Both the position numbers and the translations under genes were made by a program. From Candidatus Porisulfidus sp. TsSOB (GTDB lineage Bacteria; Pseudomonadota; Gammaproteobacteria; Poriferisulfidales; Poriferisulfidaceae): a stretch of DNA of 64,000 bases. Each line of letters begins with the position of its first letter. Position 1 is the stretch's first letter. Under the pieces are notes generated by a model. That model had not been told where the DNA came from and ran no database searches. It saw only the letters and a program-made list of their open reading frames with translations. Location of the stretch: positions 18,713 to 82,712 of the forward strand of contig MRSX01000010.1 of assembly GCA_002631715.1 (NCBI GenBank), read 5' to 3'. Of the stretch, positions 17,806 to 27,510 are shown in pieces.

Positions 17806-18612
17806 ATGGCGCCCCTTCTGGCCCACACCACGGCCTACCAATTCCTGGACTTCGATGAAGACGAGACGCTGCGTCGCCAACTGCTTGAGGCCTGCGAACG
17901 CCTGCAACTGACTGGCAACATCACCCTAGCCCCCGAAGGAATCAACCTGAGCCTGTCGGGCTCGGAAGATGACATCGGCCAGATCGAGCGGCTTCTTTTG
18001 GACGAAAGCCCGTTCAAGCAACTCCAGTTCCGGCGCAGTCGCATCACCGTTTCACCTTTTTCCAAGTTGATCGTCCGATTCCGCCCTTCCCTCCTGCCCA
18101 TCCAGGTGGACACTCCGGTCTCCCGCCGCCAGCCGGGCGCCCACTTGCTGCCGCAGCAACTGTGCCAATGGCTAGACGAGGGCCGCCCACTGCGGCTACT
18201 GGACGTGCGCAACGTCTACGAGACGCACTTGGGGCAGTTTGCCGCCGCCGAAACCCTGCCTCTGCACCAATTCCGTGATTTTCAGGAAGCGGCTCGCGAC
18301 TTGGAGCCGGACACGAAACCCATCGTGACCTACTGCACGGGCGGCATCCGCTGCGAACTGGCCAGTGCCTGGCTACGCGAACAGGGACACCCGGAAGTCT
18401 GGCAGTTGTCCGGAGGCATCCTGAACTATTTCGAGCAATGCGGCGACCGCCATTGGCAGGGAGAATGTTTTGTCTTTGACGATCGCCTAGCCGTGGATCC
18501 CCAACTGCATGCCACTTATCCCCAGCTATGCCGCACCTGCCAGAAACCCCTTTCGGAAATGAGGCTCGGCCGCTGCGCGGAATGCGGAGATCCCAGGCTT
18601 GATGCTCACTGA
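17806..18612 (+). CDS. trhO: Rhodanese-domain tRNA uridine(34) hydroxylase (TrhO/YceA family)
   Basis: APEGIN, LDVRNVYE..LGQF, YCTGGIRCE, GGILNYF, CFVFDDR; ATG 17806 just after fabA. Confidence 0.85.
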   Translation: MAPLLAHTTAYQFLDFDEDETLRRQLLEACERLQLTGNITLAPEGINLSLSGSEDDIGQIERLLLDESPFKQLQFRRSRITVSPFSKLIVRFRPSLLPIQVDTPVSRRQPGAHLLPQQLCQWLDEGRPLRLLDVRNVYETHLGQFAAAETLPLHQFRDFQEAARDLEPDTKPIVTYCTGGIRCELASAWLREQGHPEVWQLSGGILNYFEQCGDRHWQGECFVFDDRLAVDPQLHATYPQLCRTCQKPLSEMRLGRCAECGDPRLDAH

Positions 18613-19387
18613 CATTTGCTGCAACCTGACCCACGAGTCGTTCGCAAACGATCAGGAAGAGGTCCTGCAGCGAGCCCGGGAGGCCGGCGTCACCCGGTTC
18701 CTGCTGGCCGGCGCAGATCTTGCCGAGAGCCGGGCATGCGTTTCGGCTGCACAGCGTTATCCCGATTGCTGGGCGGCAGTCGGCGTGCATCCGCACCAGG
18801 CGCGTGAATGGGATTCCGGCAGTGCTGAAATCCTGCGTGACCTTCAACAAGACCCCAAAGTCATCGCCATCGGCGAGTGCGGGCTGGACTACTACCGGGA
18901 CCTGTCGCCTCGCGAGACACAGGCCGCCGTTTTCTCGGAACAATTAGAACTGGCGGGCGAATTGGGCCTGCCCGTGCTCATGCACAACCGCGATGCGGAC
19001 GAGGATTTCCTGCAGGTTTTCGATAACGTGGCCAGCCGCCCACCGCGCGCCGTCCTGCATTGTTTCACCGGGGGACGGTCACTGCTGCACGCCTGTCTTG
19101 AGCGTGGCATGTACATCGGCGTCACCGGTTGGTTCTGCGACGAGCGACGAGGGCAATCGCTCAGAGACCTGATCGGAGAGATTCCACTGGATCGCCTGAT
19201 GATTGAAACGGATGCGCCCTATCTATTGCCACGCACACTGCGCCCGCGCCCCCGAACTCGCCGCAATGAGCCCATGTGGCTGCCCCATATCGCCGAACAG
19301 ATTGCCGAGGCTCGGAACCTGAGCCTGGATGAATTCGCCCGCCATACGCAGGCATGCGCACAGGCATTCTTTTCTTTTTCAGGCTGA
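18599..19387 (+). CDS. tatD: TatD family nuclease
   Basis: GVHPH, AIGECGLDY, HCFTG, ETDAPYL, RNEP. Confidence 0.93.
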   Translation: MMLTDICCNLTHESFANDQEEVLQRAREAGVTRFLLAGADLAESRACVSAAQRYPDCWAAVGVHPHQAREWDSGSAEILRDLQQDPKVIAIGECGLDYYRDLSPRETQAAVFSEQLELAGELGLPVLMHNRDADEDFLQVFDNVASRPPRAVLHCFTGGRSLLHACLERGMYIGVTGWFCDERRGQSLRDLIGEIPLDRLMIETDAPYLLPRTLRPRPRTRRNEPMWLPHIAEQIAEARNLSLDEFARHTQACAQAFFSFSG

Positions 19388-19471
19388 TTGGGCTGTCCCA
19401 CAGGCCGCCTCGCGTCGCAAGATGCGGGAATACTTGGTTTAAAATGGGATTTTTCCACTGCTCCTAGCCTC

Positions 19472-20908
19472 ATGGAACATTACTCCGCTTTTGCTCCCAG
19501 TATCAAATCCTGCGCCGAGCAGGCGACCGTCTACGCCCCTTGGGACCGCTCGCCCATCGCCACGGTTGATATCGTCGACAGCAATCAGGCCGACCAGGTC
19601 TTGGAGACTGCCTTTGCGATCTACCAGGACAAGTCGCGCTGGCTGCCGCCCGCGAAGCGTATCGAAGTGCTGGAGAAAACCGCACAGTTGATGGCTGCGC
19701 GCAGCGAAGAGCTGGCCGTGGAAGCGGCCCGTGAAGGCGGCAAGCCCTTGCCGGACTCCAAGGTCGAAGTGGCCCGGGCAATCGACGGCATGCATAGTTG
19801 CGTGGAAATCATGCGCACCGAGGCAGGTCAGGAAATCCCGATGAACCTGAATGCCGCGTCGGCCCACCACATGGCGCTGACCCGCAAGTATCCGATCGGC
19901 GTAGTGCTGGCGTTCTCCGCATTCAACCACCCACTCAATTTGATCGTGCACCAAGTCGGCCCCGCTCTCGCCTCCGGCTGCCCCGCCATCATCAAGCCGG
20001 CGCTCGACACGCCCCTGTCCTGCATGCGTTTCGTCGAGATGCTGCATCAGGCCGGGCTCCCCGAAGGCTACGTTCAGGCAATCAACCTGGGCGATCACGC
20101 GGTTGCCGGGCAGATGGTCGGAGATCCCCGGGTGGCATTCTTCAGCTTTATCGGGAGCGGTGACGTCGGCTGGATGCTGCGCTCGAAACTGGCACCCGGC
20201 GCACGCTGCGCACTGGAGCACGGCGGCATCGCCCCGGTCATCGTGGCGGCAGATGCCGATATCGACGATGCCCTGCCCCTGATGGCCAAGGGCGGGTTCT
20301 ACCATGCCGGACAGGTCTGCGTATCGGTTCAGCGGGTCTATGCCGACCAGACCATCGCCCAGCACATTGCCGAAGGACTGGCCGAACTGGGCAACAACAT
20401 GAAAGTGGGCGATCCGACCGAAGCCGATACGGAGATCGGTCCTCTGATCCGGCCGGCTGAAGTGGACCGGGTAGAAGCCTGGGTTCAGGAAGCCGTGGAC
20501 GCGGGAGCGCAACTCGTCAGCGGAGGCCAGCGGCTGTCGGACACCGCCTACCAGCCGACCGTGCTGCTAAACCCTCCGGCCGATGCCAAGGTCAGCGCCC
20601 ACGAGGTATTCGGGCCGGTAATCTGCGTATACGGCTTCGACGACATCGACGCCGCCATCGCGCAGGCCAATGCCGGGCCGTATTCGTTCCAGGCCGCCGT
20701 ATTCAGCCAGAACATCGACACCGCCCTGCATTGCTACCACCAGTTGGAAGCTGCCGCGGTGATGATCAACAACCACACCGCGTTCCGGGTCGACTGGATG
20801 CCTTTTGCCGGTCTCAAGCAATCCGGCCACGGCGTGGGCGGTATCCCCTACACCTACGAGGACATGCAGGTCGACAAGCTGATGGTCGTCCGTTCGCCGT
20901 CCCTCTGA
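19472..20908 (+). CDS. NAD(P)-dependent aldehyde dehydrogenase
   Basis: AFNHPLNL, FIGSG, LEHGG, GQVCVS (catalytic Cys), EVFGPV, PFAGLKQSG; start at ATG 19472. Confidence 0.93.
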   Translation: MEHYSAFAPSIKSCAEQATVYAPWDRSPIATVDIVDSNQADQVLETAFAIYQDKSRWLPPAKRIEVLEKTAQLMAARSEELAVEAAREGGKPLPDSKVEVARAIDGMHSCVEIMRTEAGQEIPMNLNAASAHHMALTRKYPIGVVLAFSAFNHPLNLIVHQVGPALASGCPAIIKPALDTPLSCMRFVEMLHQAGLPEGYVQAINLGDHAVAGQMVGDPRVAFFSFIGSGDVGWMLRSKLAPGARCALEHGGIAPVIVAADADIDDALPLMAKGGFYHAGQVCVSVQRVYADQTIAQHIAEGLAELGNNMKVGDPTEADTEIGPLIRPAEVDRVEAWVQEAVDAGAQLVSGGQRLSDTAYQPTVLLNPPADAKVSAHEVFGPVICVYGFDDIDAAIAQANAGPYSFQAAVFSQNIDTALHCYHQLEAAAVMINNHTAFRVDWMPFAGLKQSGHGVGGIPYTYEDMQVDKLMVVRSPSL

Positions 20909-20936
20909 GCCTGGAACCGCCCGTTCCCCTACTCCG

Positions 20937-21782
20937 ATGCGCCTGACCGCCGCCGAATTCCGCGCCCTTCCGCACAAGGCCGTCACCTTGCTCGGCATGT
21001 CCGGCGTGGGCAAGACCCGGCTTTCCGAGCGGCTGGACAAGACGCAGTGGTTCCACTATTCCGGGGACTACCGGATTGGTACCCGCTATCTCAGCGAGAA
21101 CATCCTCGACAACCTCAAGTCGAAGATGATGGAAGTGCCATTCCTAGCGGACCTGCTGCGCTCGGACTCCATCTACATCTCCAACAATCTCACCGTCGGC
21201 AACCTGGAGCCGGTCTCGACCTTTCTCGGCAAACCCGGAAATTCCGGGCTTGGCGGGCTGTCGCTGAAGGAGTTCAAAAACCGCTTGCGGCTCCATCACG
21301 AAGCTGAAATCAAGGCCATGCAGGATGTCCCGGATTTCATCCGAAAAGGACAGAAAATCTACGGCTATCCGCATCTTGTGAACGATGCCGGCGGCAGCCT
21401 GTGCGAATTGCAAAGGCCGGACGTGTTCGAACTGCTGGCCGAGCACACCCTGATCCTGTACATCCATGCCGATGACCAGCAGATCGAGGAGCTCTGCGAG
21501 CGCCAAGCGAAAAGCCCCAAACCCCTCTACTACCCGGAGGCCTTCCTGGATCGGGCGATCGAGGATTTCATGGCCGAGTACGACTTGCGTGATTTCCAAG
21601 ACATCAATCCCGACGACTTCACCCGCTGGGCTTTCCCGAGGCTGTCGCGGGACCGCCTGGAGCGCTACCAAGGCATTGCCGCCGAATACGGGTACACCGT
21701 CAGCATGGACGAAGTCAGCAACGTGCGGAACGCCGATGACTTCGTCAACCTGATCGCCCAAGCCATCGAACGCGCGGGCTAG
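20937..21782 (+). CDS. Conserved P-loop ATPase/kinase-like protein (metA-associated)
   Basis: Walker A GMSGVGKT, DYRIGTRY, NDAGGSLCE. Confidence 0.8.
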   Translation: MRLTAAEFRALPHKAVTLLGMSGVGKTRLSERLDKTQWFHYSGDYRIGTRYLSENILDNLKSKMMEVPFLADLLRSDSIYISNNLTVGNLEPVSTFLGKPGNSGLGGLSLKEFKNRLRLHHEAEIKAMQDVPDFIRKGQKIYGYPHLVNDAGGSLCELQRPDVFELLAEHTLILYIHADDQQIEELCERQAKSPKPLYYPEAFLDRAIEDFMAEYDLRDFQDINPDDFTRWAFPRLSRDRLERYQGIAAEYGYTVSMDEVSNVRNADDFVNLIAQAIERAG

Positions 21783-21787
21783 CCCCC

Positions 21788-22768
21788 ATGCCCCTGCTTC
21801 GCCTGCAGGACCTGCCCAGCCTGGACCGGATTGCTGAACAAGGCACCCGGGTGACCGAACAGGCTCCGGAGCATGCGGCTCGGCTGGATATCGGCTTGCT
21901 CAACATGATGCCTGATCGCGCACTGGCCGCGACCGAGCGGCAGTTCCTAGGGCTTCTGGACAGCCACGAGGAACGCTACTGCGCCGCACATCTATTCACG
22001 ATCGAAGGTGTCCCCCGTGAAGACGAGGGTCGCGAACATCTCCAACAGTACTACCGGAACTGCGCGGAAATTGGCAACACGGACTTAGATGCCTTGATTA
22101 TTACCGGAGCCAACGTCACCAAGCCCGACTTGACGAGCGAACCCTTTTGGAGTGGTCTGGCCGGTGTGTTGAAACAGGCCGACGATCGCCGCCTGCCGGT
22201 GGTCTGCTCCTGTTTGGCCGCCCATGCTTCTGCCTTGATTTTTCATGGCGTCGCCCGCCGCCACCTGCCGCACAAGCGCTGGGGCATCTTCGATCATTCG
22301 GTCTGCGAGCCCGACCACCCCCTGGTCGCCAATCTTCCGAACCATTTCGAGATGCCGCATTCACGCTTCAATGACGTTCCGGAAGAGAACCTTCGAGAAC
22401 ACGGCGTGCAGGTTCTGGTTACGGGACCCGTACCTGGCGTGCAGATGGCCGTGGAGCCGGACAATCGTCGGCTCTATTTCCAGGGGCATCCCGAATACGA
22501 AGCCGTCAGCCTGCTGAAAGAGTACAAGCGCGAGGTCCTGCGCTACCTGAGCAAAGAGCGTGAGGACTACCCGCCCCTGCCGGACAACACATTCAATGAT
22601 TCGGCAACCGACCTTGCGACGACCTTCCGCGAAAGTGCCTTAGCGAAAAACGGAGATGCGGGATTGATCGAGGAATTTCCAGAAGAAGCGCTCACGCAGG
22701 AAATGCGCCACTCATGGAAGGATGTCTCCCGGCAGTTGTTCTTCAATTGGCTCCACGGACTCGCGTAG
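21788..22768 (+). CDS. metA: Homoserine O-succinyl/acetyltransferase, MetA family
   Basis: IGLLNMMPD..L.ATERQF, LIITGAN, CSCLAAH, PHSRFN, FQGHPEY. Confidence 0.92.
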   Translation: MPLLRLQDLPSLDRIAEQGTRVTEQAPEHAARLDIGLLNMMPDRALAATERQFLGLLDSHEERYCAAHLFTIEGVPREDEGREHLQQYYRNCAEIGNTDLDALIITGANVTKPDLTSEPFWSGLAGVLKQADDRRLPVVCSCLAAHASALIFHGVARRHLPHKRWGIFDHSVCEPDHPLVANLPNHFEMPHSRFNDVPEENLREHGVQVLVTGPVPGVQMAVEPDNRRLYFQGHPEYEAVSLLKEYKREVLRYLSKEREDYPPLPDNTFNDSATDLATTFRESALAKNGDAGLIEEFPEEALTQEMRHSWKDVSRQLFFNWLHGLA

Positions 22769-22796
22769 CCAATCAGCGCCCGTTATCTGTCGCGAA

Positions 22797-24188
22797 TCAG
22801 ACCGCGTCCCGAAAGACGAAAGAGGCGCATTCCTCGGCAGCGTCCACCCCGCTCAGTAGGGCTCCGTTGCACGAAGGCATTCGCATGTAGTCGCCGGCAA
22901 GGAACAGGCCTTTCAGGTCAGCCAGTTGGTGTTGGCGCATTTCGTATATCTCCCGCAGCATGCCCCCGGGAGCCAAGCACAGCGCCTCAGGCCAGCGATA
23001 AACACGAGTGAACAGGGGTTTATCGGGCATGGCAGGGAGGTATTTGCGTATTTCTTCGATGATCTTGTCTGCGATCTCGGCGTCACTCAAGGTGAAAAGC
23101 TTTTGGGCGTGTTCCCCGATCACCAGCGCATACACCAGGGATTTGCCTTCCGGTGCCGCGCCAGGGGCCATTGAGGCCAAATTGCTGACGAAAGTCAGGA
23201 AAGTCCCGGAATCCGGGGGGAAAATGGCAGCATGAGATCCTTCGGGAAGGATATCCTCATCAAGTCCGATTGCCATGTTGATGCAGGAGGAATACGTGAT
23301 CCGGGTCAGAACACGCTTAACTTCGGAAGGGAGATCGGGAATGATTTCGATCGCTTTCGTAGCTGGAGTTGCGCAGATTACGGCGTCTGCTTCAATCTCT
23401 CCTATCTCCCCTCCATCCACGATTACGCTTTTGACAGTTCCTTCTTCAAGGACAATGCGTTGAACGGGCGTAGACAGTCTGATATCTCCCGCGCATGCCC
23501 CGACGAGTGCGCTGGCAAATTCTCCAACTCCTCCCTCGGGTAAGCACGGGCGTTCGGATTGGTTCAAGGTCCAAAGCCAAAGTAGCGACATGCCGTAAGC
23601 AGCACCAACCTGCTCGGAGAAACCAGCTGTAAAGCAGTTGATGTCTGCCTCTCCGGCTTGCTCCAGATACTCAGTCAAAGAATTCGCCTCCATGAACTCG
23701 GCGAAACTCTCGCGAGTATCCAAATCCAACATCTTTGAATGATCCTGGAACCTGATGTCTTTGCTCCGGGCCTTCAGCATCATGATAAGCCGCATGGATT
23801 GCCACATGGCTTTTGGCGTTAACAGCCGGAAAGAAAGGATGGTCTGAACGGTTGTCATCATCTGTTTCAGTGAACCGTTCGAATAGATGCCCCAAAGTTT
23901 CCCATCGCGGTAGATGTGCCCCCCTTTTTTGCGGGGACTCATCTCCAAGGGGACACCGAGGCTTTCGGCTAAGTTTCGAACTGTTTCAAATGATTCGTGG
24001 AAAACTGATGCACCGGTATGGATGGAAAAGCCATCAATTTCTTCCCCCGCAATACGGCCTCCAGCGCGATCAGCGGCCTCCAGCACAACAACTTCCAGCT
24101 TGTTTCCGTACTTGCTGCGCAAAGTGTATGCTGCAGCCAAACCAGAGGTTCCCCCTCCGACAATGACGGTTTTCGGCTTGCGAGCCAT
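22797..24188 (-). CDS. FAD-dependent oxidoreductase (protoporphyrinogen oxidase/amine oxidase-like)
   Basis: VIVGGGTSGLAAA, EAADRAGGR, FLAGDY, NGALLSG. Confidence 0.85.
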   Translation of the reverse strand: MARKPKTVIVGGGTSGLAAAYTLRSKYGNKLEVVVLEAADRAGGRIAGEEIDGFSIHTGASVFHESFETVRNLAESLGVPLEMSPRKKGGHIYRDGKLWGIYSNGSLKQMMTTVQTILSFRLLTPKAMWQSMRLIMMLKARSKDIRFQDHSKMLDLDTRESFAEFMEANSLTEYLEQAGEADINCFTAGFSEQVGAAYGMSLLWLWTLNQSERPCLPEGGVGEFASALVGACAGDIRLSTPVQRIVLEEGTVKSVIVDGGEIGEIEADAVICATPATKAIEIIPDLPSEVKRVLTRITYSSCINMAIGLDEDILPEGSHAAIFPPDSGTFLTFVSNLASMAPGAAPEGKSLVYALVIGEHAQKLFTLSDAEIADKIIEEIRKYLPAMPDKPLFTRVYRWPEALCLAPGGMLREIYEMRQHQLADLKGLFLAGDYMRMPSCNGALLSGVDAAEECASFVFRDAV

Positions 24189-24224
24189 TGCTACCGACCT
24201 TCTTTTGGCATTTCCGTCAGCACC

Positions 24225-24767
24225 TTAGATCCCAAGCCCCCATCGACCGACCTGGTACAACCCGCTCTGCAGAAAATACAGCCCGAACAGGGCGACCATA
24301 GGCGACAGATCCAGTATTCCCGTATCCGGCAGCACCCCGCGAATCCGCATGAGCATCGGAGCCGTCAGACTGCGCACCAGGCTTAGGAATTGATCTGCGC
24401 CAGCCGACAACTGCACCCAACTGGCAATCACCACCGCGATCAGGGAAATCAGGTAGATGTTCAGCATCATCCCGCCGATCTGGGTCAGCGCGAACAGTAC
24501 CAGGCCCAGGATCGAGGCCCCCGATTGCATGGCCCCGCCGACATAGAGACTGATCAATTTCAGAATCAATGCGATCGTAAGCAGGGCGAGATCCCAACCT
24601 CGAGCCGACGGTATGACGCGCCGAACCGGCTGGTACACCGGATCGGTCACCCGTGCCAGAACTTGCGAAATCGGATTGTAGAAGTCCGCTTGGTGAAACG
24701 TGAGCAGCAACCGAATCAGGATCCCGTACAGATACAAGGTCAGCAGGAACTGGATCAGGGCTTCCAT
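24225..24767 (-). CDS. yggT: YggT family membrane protein
   Basis: ADFYNPISQ, DLSPMV; downstream of proC. Confidence 0.9.
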   Translation of the reverse strand: MEALIQFLLTLYLYGILIRLLLTFHQADFYNPISQVLARVTDPVYQPVRRVIPSARGWDLALLTIALILKLISLYVGGAMQSGASILGLVLFALTQIGGMMLNIYLISLIAVVIASWVQLSAGADQFLSLVRSLTAPMLMRIRGVLPDTGILDLSPMVALFGLYFLQSGLYQVGRWGLGI

Positions 24768-24768
24768 A

Positions 24769-25608
24769 TCAGGCTCGACCGTTTTCGTCTCCCAGTTCTT
24801 CAGCTCGTTGGCGCGCCGCCTCAAGCGCATTGAGAATCAAAGCCTCAAAGCCTGCCCCTTCCAGCACGCCCAAAGCGGCCGCGGTTGTCCCGCCCTTGGA
24901 CGTCACCTTTTGGCAAAGCTCCTGCAGGGAGTCCTCCGAGGCGCTCGCCAGTTCCTGTGCTCCGCGAGCCGTCTCCAGCACCAGCAGGCGCGCCTGCGCT
25001 TCGTCCAGACCCATGCGGCATGCCCCCTCTACCATCGCCTGCATGAACAAGAAGAAATAGGCAGGCCCGCTGCCCGAAACCGCGGTTGCGGCATCCATCA
25101 GGGCCTCGTCCTGTACCCAGAGGACCTTCCCGACACTCTCCATGATCCTAGCCGCGAGTGCACGCTGGGCATCAGAAACATTTTCTTGTGCATACAGGGC
25201 GCTCATTCCGGCACCGACCAATGCCGGCGTGTTCGGCATGACGCGCACCACCGGGCAATGTCCCCCTGTCCAACGTGCCAAATCGTCCGCGCGCACACCG
25301 GCCGCGATGGTTATCAGCAACGGGTTGTCCGTGACCATCCAAGGCGCCAGTTCGGTGGCGGTCGTCGGTAACTTGTCGGGCTTGGTCGCAAACAGCACGA
25401 CATCCGCGGAAGCCCGGGAGTAGGCCAGCGAGTTCTCGTAGTACAACTGCATCAGGCCGAAATTGGCGGCCAGCGCCTGATGGGACTGCGGGTCGGGATC
25501 GGAGACCGTGATGTCGCCGGCTTCCCAACCGGAACGGATCAAGCCGCCCACCAGCGAGCGGCCCATATTGCCGCCTCCGATCAGAAGGATTCGTGGATTC
25601 TCAGGCAT
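24769..25608 (-). CDS. proC: Pyrroline-5-carboxylate reductase
   Basis: IGGGNMG, RVMPNTPA, SGSGPAYFF, VTSKGGTT. Confidence 0.97.
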   Translation of the reverse strand: MPENPRILLIGGGNMGRSLVGGLIRSGWEAGDITVSDPDPQSHQALAANFGLMQLYYENSLAYSRASADVVLFATKPDKLPTTATELAPWMVTDNPLLITIAAGVRADDLARWTGGHCPVVRVMPNTPALVGAGMSALYAQENVSDAQRALAARIMESVGKVLWVQDEALMDAATAVSGSGPAYFFLFMQAMVEGACRMGLDEAQARLLVLETARGAQELASASEDSLQELCQKVTSKGGTTAAALGVLEGAGFEALILNALEAARQRAEELGDENGRA

Positions 25609-25650
25609 GTGTCGTTCCCGCTCGCAACAGCGGCGAAATCTCTGACTCGC

Positions 25651-25662
25651 ATTATATTGGCT
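25651..25662. repeat. 12-bp direct repeat, copy 1 (ATTATATTGGCT; reads AGCCAATATAAT on the minus strand, the probable proC -10 box)
   Basis: Identical to 27444-27455. Confidence 0.6.
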
Positions 25663-25695
25663 ACAGAGTTATAGAACTGATTCGAAGAACCACAG

Positions 25696-25730
25696 AATAA
25701 AACAGGCGCCCCGAAGAGCGCCTGCTTATT
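25696..25730 (-). terminator. Rho-independent terminator after the porin gene
   Basis: caggcgc...gcgcctg stem flanked by aataaaa and cttatt. Confidence 0.7.
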
Positions 25731-25752
25731 TGGTGTGCTTAGTCAGACTGAA

Positions 25753-27444
25753 TTAGTCAAACCAGTGCACGATACCTAATGCGAACATCTCGATTTCGTT
25801 GCCAGGATTACCTACTCCCGTTCCGGGAATACTCTGTCCATAGCCTACGTTGTCATCGCTATTGACTTCGGAATAGGTCATACGCAGTTCGGTGCCACCC
25901 GGCATGGTGTAGAAGATACCTACGTTCCACGCATCGCCACCGGACTGGTCCCAGTCGCCGGAGCAACCTGAACAGGAGACCTCCAGGTCATCCGCATCTG
26001 CATAGGAGAAGCGGAAGTCCACGGGGCCACCGAATTTGATCTTGCCGGACACCATCCAAGCGTCGCGCTCGATCTTGACGTTGCCGCCTGCACCGTGCGC
26101 TGCTCTAGCACGCTTCTCAGCCTCTGCGACTATGCTGTCGTAGGCATGCTTGGCGTTCGCCGCAGCAGTAATAGCGGCTGTATCGGTAGAGTCAGTGGTA
26201 GATGCAGCCTGCAACCTAGTCAGGATGTTTTGGTTGCCCATAGTACCGGTGTCATCATCGATCTCCGTAAGCTGGGTGCCTGCATTGCCTTTGTCATGAT
26301 CTGTGTTGGCATCTGGGTTGCTCTCGTCAAGGGGCGTCGTAGGATTATCTTCCGTAGGCATACGGAAGGTGTAGTACGCCACACTGTCGGCATCCTGCTG
26401 GTTCATGTCTCCGAAACCGGTGGGACAGTTGTCATCAGTGCTGGCAGCAACCCCAGTATCTTCGTTGAAGCACTTTGGAAACAGGTCGCGAATCAAGCCA
26501 AGAGTCTTCTGCGCCTTCACATTCGCATCGTTCTCTCCTTTGAACATCAGGTTGTACGAGCTGAAGTTGGAGTATCCGAACGCGCTCATTGCCTTATCGA
26601 CACTGGTCACGCCATTGAATTCGTGCTCAACGTCTTCCCACATGGCGGCAAGCTGAATACTCACGCCATCACCCATATCCATGATGTAACGGCCTGCGAC
26701 ACGGAAACTTTCAGCGTCCGAAGTATCCATCGCTCCGGATTTAAACGCCGCCCAGTCTTCGTGATCCTGCCAGGTCACCGCCAGCCACAACGGACCGTTG
26801 GTGTAGGCCAGGCTGCTGGAGCGGATCACTGGATCGATCTCGGTGCCGCCACTATGGCCTTTCGTGTTGTCGGTCTCATCATTGTTTCCAAGGGTCCATG
26901 CGAAGCGGAACACGAAGCCGTTCCAGTTCGGCGACCAGTACTGGATGATGTTTTCTTGACGACGGTTGAAGCCGTTGGTACGTCCAAACACAGGGTTGTA
27001 GAACGTGCTGCTGCTGGCGCCCATTGATCCCATGATGTTGGTGTGCGAGTCCGCACCAGCATCGTAGAACGGGTCGACCCACTGCGCCACGCCCTCGTTG
27101 TAGGGCAATAGCCAGGTAGCGAACATGATCTCACCCGCTTGCGGATGAGCCAAGCCAATCTTGGAATTACGGTTACACCACGTGCTCGCAGTTGAATCCG
27201 CAAACTGGTTGTAGAACGTGAATTGCTCGCACTGCGCATTGACTGTAATGCCATCAATGCCGGTGTCAACGCTGGCACTGAAACCAATATTGCCCGCATT
27301 TGAGTTCATGCGGTCATAGCTTCTATCGCCTTCGTTGTTTTCTTCGTCTACAAACTCCCAAGAATGATTCTGCCAACCATAGACGTTCCATGTTTCGGCC
27401 TGGGCCGCGAACGGAATCGCCGCCAGGGCAAAAACAATTAGAAA
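25753..27444 (-). CDS. Gram-negative general porin with a large inserted loop; 5' end lacks a canonical start (possible silent gene or pseudogene)
   Basis: NIGF, NRNSKIGL, IQYWSPNWNGF and C-terminal GIVHWFD. The frame is open upstream of ATG 27309 through FLIVFALAAIPFAAQA-ETWNVYGW to TAA at 27447-27445, with no ATG/GTG/TTG. Confidence 0.8.
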   Translation of the reverse strand, partial: FLIVFALAAIPFAAQAETWNVYGWQNHSWEFVDEENNEGDRSYDRMNSNAGNIGFSASVDTGIDGITVNAQCEQFTFYNQFADSTASTWCNRNSKIGLAHPQAGEIMFATWLLPYNEGVAQWVDPFYDAGADSHTNIMGSMGASSSTFYNPVFGRTNGFNRRQENIIQYWSPNWNGFVFRFAWTLGNNDETDNTKGHSGGTEIDPVIRSSSLAYTNGPLWLAVTWQDHEDWAAFKSGAMDTSDAESFRVAGRYIMDMGDGVSIQLAAMWEDVEHEFNGVTSVDKAMSAFGYSNFSSYNLMFKGENDANVKAQKTLGLIRDLFPKCFNEDTGVAASTDDNCPTGFGDMNQQDADSVAYYTFRMPTEDNPTTPLDESNPDANTDHDKGNAGTQLTEIDDDTGTMGNQNILTRLQAASTTDSTDTAAITAAANAKHAYDSIVAEAEKRARAAHGAGGNVKIERDAWMVSGKIKFGGPVDFRFSYADADDLEVSCSGCSGDWDQSGGDAWNVGIFYTMPGGTELRMTYSEVNSDDNVGYGQSIPGTGVGNPGNEIEMFALGIVHWFD

Positions 27445-27455
27445 TTATATTGGCT
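27444..27455. repeat. 12-bp direct repeat, copy 2, supplying the stop that closes the porin frame upstream
   Basis: ATTATATTGGCT identical to 25651-25662. Confidence 0.6.
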
Positions 27456-27510
27456 TACGTGAATATTCTGCCTATAAATCTCTATTTCAATCCACCCATT
27501 GAGACCTGGC

